From positions 86,038 through 150,037 of the forward strand of contig CAZVTT010000003.1 in assembly GCA_964629685.1 (NCBI GenBank): 64,000 bases of DNA, written 5' to 3'. Origin of the DNA: an uncultured Gammaproteobacteria bacterium. GTDB lineage: Bacteria; Patescibacteriota; Microgenomatia; UBA10105; UBA927. The notes beneath the pieces are model-generated. The model made no database searches, was not told the DNA's origin, and was given only the letters and a program-made list of their open reading frames with translations. A program made the translations under genes and the position numbers. Below, one piece after another: positions 47,701 through 56,700 of this stretch. The first letter of the stretch is position 1. Each line of letters starts with the position of its first letter.

Positions 47701-50700
47701 TAATTCCAGACAAGCGGTATCGTCAATTTCGCATTGTCTTGCACTCTGATACACATCAATGATGCCGGATTGCAACGTCATGAACTGATTAAAGCGTTCC
47801 ACTTCCTGCCCCGCGTTAGCAGCCAACTCTTGCCTGCTCTCACACGTAACGTCAGTCCTGACACAATTCTGACCGGTGGTAATTAAGCTATTTAACGTAG
47901 TTTCCGCGGTGGCAAGTCGTGCTTCTGCCGCAGCGCACGCACCTTCTGCGTTACGGTCACAGGACAGCACTCCCAAACGGGCTTCCTGATATTCCGTCAG
48001 CGCTCCGCTCACATCTCCGGAATATTCATATAAACTGGATAGCGTTGTAATTTGACGCAGCGTCTGATTCTCCATACGGGTAGCTTCTGCATGACACTCT
48101 TCAACATTCGCTGCCCGCTGACAGACGTTTGCTTCCGTCAGGTTGAGTGTATCTCGCGCCAACTCGAGACATCGCTGTAATTCGGTATCGTTCTGGCTGT
48201 TTCTGGCCATACAGCCTTGAGCACTTTGGTAATTTGACTGATTGGCGACCGTCAGTTCAAATCCGGCTACAATATTCAGACACCTATTTGTTGTGCCCTG
48301 ATTCGCAGCACATTCACCCTGCGCGGAAAATTGCTGTAGGTTGTTGGAATAGGCGTTCTGACAGATGGATAAAGTCGCGTCACTGTTGGCGTTCTGTACG
48401 CAATTTGTATACTGCTCACGGTACTCAATAAGTTGGTCCTGTTGTCTGGCCACAAACGCATACTGCTGTAATGACGTACCCACCTGTAACCCCGTGCGCG
48501 CGACCGTCAAACGGCAGGTTTCTTCATCACTGGATTCATCACATAATCTGGCTTGTTGGGCGGAAATCTGACTTCGGGCTGTTTCAATACAGGCATCCTG
48601 TGCTTCTTTTGTAGACTGACGGTCAATACAGTTTTGCGCCATGCGGGTATATGAATCCGTCCGTGAACTTAAGTCATAACTCACTAACACATCCGCGCAG
48701 CGTTGCGGTGATCTTTCGCATTCGGTAGTCGATTCCAGTCTCCCCACCACACAGGCACGTCTGCTTTCTTCATCTTGAGCTTTTATGGCACAGCGTTCGT
48801 ACTCTTCACTGTTATAAATATCCCGGATCTGTTCCTGTGTCCTGAGTGCGAATGCGTATTGGTTCAAAGACGTGGTTGTTTGGCTGATCAGCTGACCGGC
48901 GTTCTGTTCACAGGTTTTCTGATCACCGGCTTGCGCACAATAATCCGAAATATAATCTGCCATCACCGTCCGTACTGCCGCGACACATCTGGCGTTTCGG
49001 GACTGCGCCGTTGCGTCTCCGAATGAATTCGTGTCTCCCGAACCAGAAGTATTTTCTATACAGGATTCCGAACCGGCAATACTTCCCTGTAATGCGAGGT
49101 TTATCTGATACCCTGCTACCACGTCGCGACACGCATTGGTATTTTTTGTATTTGCTTTACACTCTTCATTTGTCGTTGCATAATTTCGGATTGCGCTGTC
49201 ACGTTGCTGTAAACAGATTTCGTCAGGGGTGCTCCCGGCAGCACAGGTTTCATATGCATCCGCAATCAGATCAAGCCGGGACTGTTGGCGGGTAGAAAAT
49301 GCATATTCATTCAGTGAAGTATTTACCTGTTGCCACGATCTGCGGGCTTGCTGCTCACAGGCAGCCACGTCTGCAGCGGTGGCACATAAATCTTTTACTT
49401 CTTTGTCGTTTAATCCCTGCGTTACCGAAATACACCGTGCCTGTGTTTCCGCTGCCGTCGCTCCGTTATCTGCCGCTGAAGCCACACAGCTTTGTCCGGC
49501 AGTTGCCCACCGTTCCAGTGCCGCATTCACCTGGTAGTTTGCGGCCAGATCCTGACACTTCCGGGTGCTGCCGGCATTCTCCGCACATTCTCCCTGACTG
49601 GCAAAATTGGTAAACGAACTCCTCCGCGCGTTCTCACATACCACTAACGGTTGTCCGGTTTCCACACAAGCGTCGTAATCATCTGAAATTTCGGTTAATG
49701 CAGTTTGCTGTCTAATAACAAACGAATATTCGGTAAGTTGAGTCTGTGTTTGGCGGATTGTTCTGTTGGCATCATTTGTACACGATTCAACATCTGCCGC
49801 GTTTGCACAATACCGGCTAACCCGCTCACTCATTACCGTTTGTACTGCATCGACACACCGCTTTTGCTGTACTGCGTCTGCACCAGCCCGTTCGATACAT
49901 GATTGGGAGCCAGCCGTACTGCCGCGTAAACTGGTACTAACCTGATAACTTGCCAAAATATTCTGACACGCCGCAGTATTCCCGGAATTCGCTGCACATT
50001 CACCACTTGATACCAATGTTCTCCACTCCGCATCACGCTGCCCCTCACAGACACTACCGGGAATACCCTGGTTTACGCACTCGTTCACATCATCACCAAT
50101 TTCACTAATTCTTGCCTGAGTCCGAACATTAAATGCGTAGGTAGTTAACTGGCGCTGAGTTTGTCTTACGGAGGATTCCGCTTCAGAACGGCAGGCTTGC
50201 TGATCAGCTGCATTCCGGCATATTTCTGCTATGCGGGCATTCATGACTGTTTCGACCGCATCCACACAGCGCTCTTGTTGGCCGGCATCGGATTCCGCCC
50301 GTTCAATACAGGATTGGGATCCGGTGGAACTTCCCCGTAAAGATGCATTGATCTGATAACTCGCCAGAATATTCTGACACGTTGCAGTTCTTCCGGCATT
50401 TTCCGCACATTCGCCGGTGGAAACAACGCTCCGCCAGGACGCGTTACGTTGACTTTCGCAAATACTTGTTGGTATTCCCTGGCTTACACAGGTATTCAGT
50501 TGTGTATTTATTTCATCTATGCGTTCTTGCGTCCGGACATTAAACGCATATGATGTGAGTTGTGACTGTGTTCGTGATACCGCAAGAGCAGCTTCCTGAC
50601 GACAATTCTGCTCATCTGCTGCGTTACGACAATAATCGTCAATCCGCTCATCCATTACCGTTCGTACCGCATCGACACAGCGCTCTTGTTGCGCAGCATC

Positions 50701-53700
50701 TGTTCCCGCCCGTTCTATACAGGATTGGGATCCGGCAGTACTTCCGCGGAGACTTGTCGTAATCTGATAATTTACCAATAGACTCTGACAGGTGTTTCTA
50801 TTTTGCGCTTGTGCACATTCTCCACCGGATACCAACCTATTCCATGCCGTATCCCGTTGACTTTCACAAACGCTTCCGGGAATACCCTGATTTACGCAGG
50901 TATTAACCTGCTCACCTATTTCGTTGATTTGCGTCTGAATTCGGACATTAAATGCATAGTCAGTTAATCGTGATTGAGACTGAATTACGGATGTTGTTCC
51001 TTGCCTCCGACAGGCAGCAACGTCTGCTGCGTTAGCACAGAATTGAGTTATTCTGTCATTCATCACTGTCTGCACCGCAGCCACACAGCGCTCTTGTTGC
51101 GCAGCATCATCTCCGGCCCGTTCGATACATGCTTGTGAGCCGGCCGTACTGGCCCGCAGACTCGTATTTACCTGATAACCCGCTAATATGTTCCGACAGG
51201 TTGCATTATTGTCTTCCTCCGCACATTCTCCGGAATTTACTAAGCTTCTCCATGCTGCATTTCGCTCACTTTCACAAATACTTCCCGGTATCCCCTGATT
51301 TATGCAGGTATTCACGCGTTCGCCAATTTCTGCTATCTGAGTTTGTGTCCTGACGGTGAACGCGTATTCGTTTAACTGAGACTGAGTGCGGATAACGGAT
51401 ATATTTGCCTGAGAACGACAATTATTCTGATCTGCAGCATTCCGGCAAATCTCTGCGATCCGCTCGTCCATTACGGTATCCACCGCCGCTATACATCGCT
51501 CTTGTTGGGCTGCATCAGAACCAGCCCGTTCAATACAGGATTGGGATCCCGCCGTACTCCCCCGCAGACTCGTACTAACCTGGTAACTTGCCAGTATGTT
51601 TTGACACGTGGCGGTATTTCCTGAAGTTGCTGCGCATTCTCCGCTCGATACCAACGTCCTCCAGGCAGCGTCCCTTTGACTCTCACATATACTCCCGGGA
51701 ATTCCTTGTCGCACACATTCGTTAAGTTCATCTCCTATTTCCGTTATTTGCGTTTGCGTACGAACGTTAAATGCGTATTGATTCAATTGCGTTTGCGTAC
51801 GGGTTACGGAAATATTGGATTGTGATATACAGGCTGTTTGATCTGCAGCGTTCCGACAAATTTCATCAATCCGATCATTCATAACGGTCTCAACGGCGTC
51901 TATACACCGCTGCTGCTGAGCCACATCCGTTCCAGCCCGCTCTATACAAGATTGCGATCCTGCTGTGCTTCCCCTCAAACTCGTACTTACCTGATAACTT
52001 GCCAATAAATTTCGGCAGGCAGCAGTATTGTCTGAATTGGCAGCACATTCGCCGGTAGAAACAAGCGTACGCCAGGCGGCATCGCGTTGACTTTCACAAA
52101 TACTTCCGGGAATTCCCTGTCGCACACATTCATTTACATCCTGGCCGATTTGATCGATTTGTGTCTGAGTCCTGACGTTAAATGCGTACTCCTCAAGTTG
52201 TGTCTGTGTCTGATTCACTGATCGGGTTGCCTGTGATCTACACGTGGATTGATCTGCAGCATTTCGGCAGATATCTGCAATTCGGTCGTTCATCACAGTC
52301 TCTACCGCGTCAACACACCGCTGTTGCTGTACTGCATCAGCTCCTGCCCGCTCGATACAGGACTGTGAACCTGCCGTACTGCCACGAAGACTGGTATTTA
52401 CCTGATAATTTGCCAAAACATTTTGGCAGGTATCGGCATTTCGCACTTCCGCGCATTCACCTGTAGTTAGTAGCGTTCTCCAGGCGGTGTCACGTATACC
52501 TTCACAGACACTGCCCGGAATACCCTGATTTACACACGTATTTACCTGTTCACCTATTTCGCTGATCTGTGTTTGGGTCCGTACGGTAAATGCATATGAA
52601 TTAAGCTGCGTTTGTGTTTGAGATACTGCGGCAAGGCCCTGAGACCGACAACCGCTCTGATCTGCCGCGTTACGGCAAATATCGTCGATCCTATCGCTCA
52701 TAACCGTGCGGACTGCATCCACGCAGCGCTCTTGCTGCGCAACGTCGTCACCGGCTCTTTCAATACAGGATTGGGAGCCAGCCGTACTGCCGCGTAAGCT
52801 GGTGCTAACCTGATAGTTTGCTAAAACATTTTGGCAGGTAGCGGTATTCCCTGAATTCGCAGCACATTCACCGCTGGTTATCAGCGTGCGCCAGGCGGCA
52901 TCGCGCTGACTTTCACAAATACTGCCCGGAATTCCCTGATTTACACAGGTGTTTATCTGCTCGCCTATGTCGGCTATTTGTGTCTGCGTTCTCACGGTGA
53001 AGGCATATTGATTGAGCTGTGTCTGTGCTCTGGTAACGGATAAATTCGCCTGAGATCGGCACTCATCCTGATCTGCTGCATTCCGGCAAATATCTGCAAT
53101 CCGCTCATCCATTACGGTATCCACCGCCGCTACACATCGCTCTTGCTGAGCCACATCAGCTCCCGCACGTTCTATACACGATTGGGACCCTGCCGTACTG
53201 CCGCGTAAACTGGTATTTACCTGATAATTCGCCAATAGATTCTGGCAGTTAGCGGTGTTGGCGGAATTTGCAGCACATTCTCCGGAAGTTACAATATTTC
53301 TCCAGGATTGATCCCGTTGGCTCTCGCATATACTCCCGGGTATTCCCTGACCGATACAGGTATTCATTTGTTCACTCGCCTGTTCAATTTGCGTTTGCGT
53401 CCTGACGGAAAACGCATATGCTGTTAAATCATTCTGCGTTTGCGTTAAGGAACGGTTTGCCTGCGTCCGACATGCTGTCTGATCTGCCGCGTTACGGCAA
53501 ACTTCTGAAACCCGCTCATTCATGACGGTTTCAACCGCTGCCACACACCGCTCCTGTTGAGCGACATCAGTTCCGGCCCGTTCTATGCATGATTGGGATC
53601 CAGCAGTACTTCCGCGCAGACTGGCGCTAACCTGATACCCTGCTAATATATTTTGGCAAGTTGCTGTGTTCCCTGAATTTGCAGCGCATTCGCCGGTGGT

Positions 53701-56700
53701 AATAAGCGTCCTCCATGACTGGTCTCGTTGACCTTCACAAACACTTCCGGGTATTCCCTGATTCACACAGGTATTCAGCTGCGCACCTATCTCGGCTATT
53801 TGTGTTTGAGTACGGACGGAAAACGCATACGAATTCAATTGAGACTGGGTTTGCCGTACGGCTGTTAAACCCTGAGACCGACAGGCATTCTGATCTCCTG
53901 CATTCCGACAAAGATCATCAACTCGTGAGTTCATAACAGTACTTACCGCCGCCACACAGCGCTCCTGCTGGGCGACATCGGAGCCTGCACGTTCTATACA
54001 GCCTTGTGAAGCCTGAGCACTCGCCTGAAGTGTCTGGTTTACCCGATATCCGGATAAAATAGAGCGGCATGTCTCACTATTGTCCCCGGCACACTCACCG
54101 GTAGTAACCGCAGTATTCCAAGCAGAATTTCTTTGGCTCTCACAGATACTGCCGGGAATACCTTGACTTATGCAGTCATTGATATCTTCACCTATCGCAG
54201 CTATTTGTGCTTGCGTTCTTACACTAAACGCATATTGATCCAAATTGGCGGATACTTGCGTCTGCGTTCTCTGTGCCTGAAGTCTGCAGGTGCTTTGATT
54301 ACCTGCAGCAGCACAGACATTTTCAACCTGTGATGTAAAGGCGTTATTTACAAGCGAAATACACCGTTCCTGTTCGGCGGCATTGTCGGGATTTCGATCT
54401 ATACACCGTTGTGCGGATTCCGCACCGTTATTTGCTGCAACGTTCACCTGAAAAGAAGCGGCAATATCCCGACAATTTGTCTGGTTTGCGGCACATTCGC
54501 CCTGGGTAGCAAATGTCGAGAGTGCCGTATCATAGCGATTCTGACAATTGGAGACGGTACTGTCGCTACGGGCATTTTGGATACACGTAGTATATTCCGA
54601 TCGATAATCTTCCAGTACATCCTGCTGCCGTACCACAAACGCCACGGACGTAAGTCTTTGCTGTTCCTGCGTTACGGCTTGGCTAGAGTTGGCCCGGCAG
54701 GCAGCAGGATCTGAAGCACTTGCACAGAGTGTATTTATATTTGTCGTCATTACAGTCCGTACAGCATTTACACAACGCTGTTGTGCCTGAGCCATAGTGG
54801 TTTCACCTAACGTCGCATCCGGCTCGACCCGCTCTAAGCAGGACTGTGCTCCCGAACTGCTCCCCTGCAACGTTAATCCAACCTGATAATTTACCAATAC
54901 ATCGCGACAACTGGCGGAATTCGCACCAGCACATTCTCCCGTCGTTACCGCTCTGTTCCAGGCAGTACTTCTTTGGCTTTCACAAACACTTCCCGGTATT
55001 CCCTGATTTACGCATGTCGTTAGCTGAGCATTTATCGTCTCGAGCTGTGTTTGGGTTCTGACGTTAAATGCATATGAATTTAATTGGGTTGTAGTTTGGG
55101 TAACGTTTTGCGTCGCTTGAGCCCGACAGCCTGCCTGATCTGCAGTATTCCGGCATAGATCTTCTATTCTGGTATTCATAACCGTACTCACGGCAGTTAC
55201 ACACAGCTGTTGTTGTTGGGTATCTGAACCGGCACGTTCTATACATCCTTGCGAAGCCTGGGCACTTGCCTGCAATGTCTGTCCGACACGATAACTCGCC
55301 AATACATCCTGACAGGTGGCGGTATTTTCACCGGCACAGTCACCGGTTGTAACCAATCTATTCCACTCAGTGTTTCGCTGGCTTTCACAAATACTGCTCG
55401 GTATTCCCTGTCGTATACATTCATTCAATCGGTCGCCGACGGCCACGATATTTGCCTGCGTGGTATACGCGAGTACCTGGGTATCAACGGTAGATGTAAT
55501 TCTCTCTACTGCCGCGATTCTCCCCTGGCAGGTGGCATCCGTAGGCGGACATGTATCTGGACGCTGTTGATTTAACTGTCCCTCCAGTCTGGTTATTTCT
55601 GCTCGTGTGGCGCTACAGCGGGCAGCCTGATCAGAAGTGGTTACCTGTCCGGCGGCACATTCCGTTTCCAACCGTACCCGACTGGTTACCAAGTTTTCCG
55701 CCAGTTGAGCGTTCTGTTGCTGCACAGCCACTGCCGATTGCTGTACGTCTACGTAAAACAATGCATTTTCGGCTTGAGACCTGACGATATTACAGGCTAT
55801 ACCTGTTAAACCGCCGCAATTTTGTGCTATAAGTCGAAGCTGATTTTCGTTTGCCGTTTGAGACCGGTTACACTCTATTGTGGTGCTCCCTTCCGGACAA
55901 ACCAATCCCTGTAAGGCAGTATTTGTTCGTTGGTCTACCAGCGCCAGCGAACGACGGACCTGATCCCGTTGCGAATTCAGCGCCGTAAGTTCGGCTGACA
56001 CTGCCTCAGCCTGATTCTCACAGACCTGCAATGCCAATCCCGAAAGATTCCGACAGGAACCGAGTGTTCCGGTAGAAGCTGTCTGTAATGTGTTGTTGCA
56101 TGCCGCCAGCACATATTGATTTCCGTTTGCACCTTCACAGGCTATCGCGCGTACGGCCGAATTTACGGAGTTGTCTACCCTGTCCAAAGCTCCTCGCAAC
56201 TGTACACTTTGCTCCGCTAAATCCGCAGTACCGGCAATCGTATTTTGGGTAGCGTTATTTATCGGTGCACATCCTGCCGGCGTGTATTCACATTCTCTTC
56301 TGATTTCAGCGTTTAATGTATCCAGTCTTTGCTGAATCCTCCGTTGTTCAGCCTGGCACTGAGCAATGTTACCGCTCGTACATACTGCCGCATTTACGCT
56401 TTGCTGTGTTAAGTCCTGCAATTCTTCAGACCTTTGGGTCACATAAATATCGACCGAACGAACGGCACCTACGCGTTGATCGGCATATTCCCGTGGATCT
56501 AACTCGGTCGTCTTTCCGGTACCGTCACGTTTGGTTAATGCAGAGCAGGTTTGCCAGTGATAAATTTGTTGCATTTGCCTGCATAAATCTCCACCCGGTG
56601 CAAACTCCCCGATGGTACGGTTATTGGAAACATTAATACACGACTCTTCGTTTGTACGCGTATCTACGCCACAGATTAATGCCGTACCGTTTGGATTGTA

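Noticed and set aside
50000-54200. Regular ~411-nt periodicity as a CRISPR array or assembly artefact
   Set aside because: The units are in-frame protein repeats with synonymous divergence. There is no repeat-spacer structure and no cas genes.
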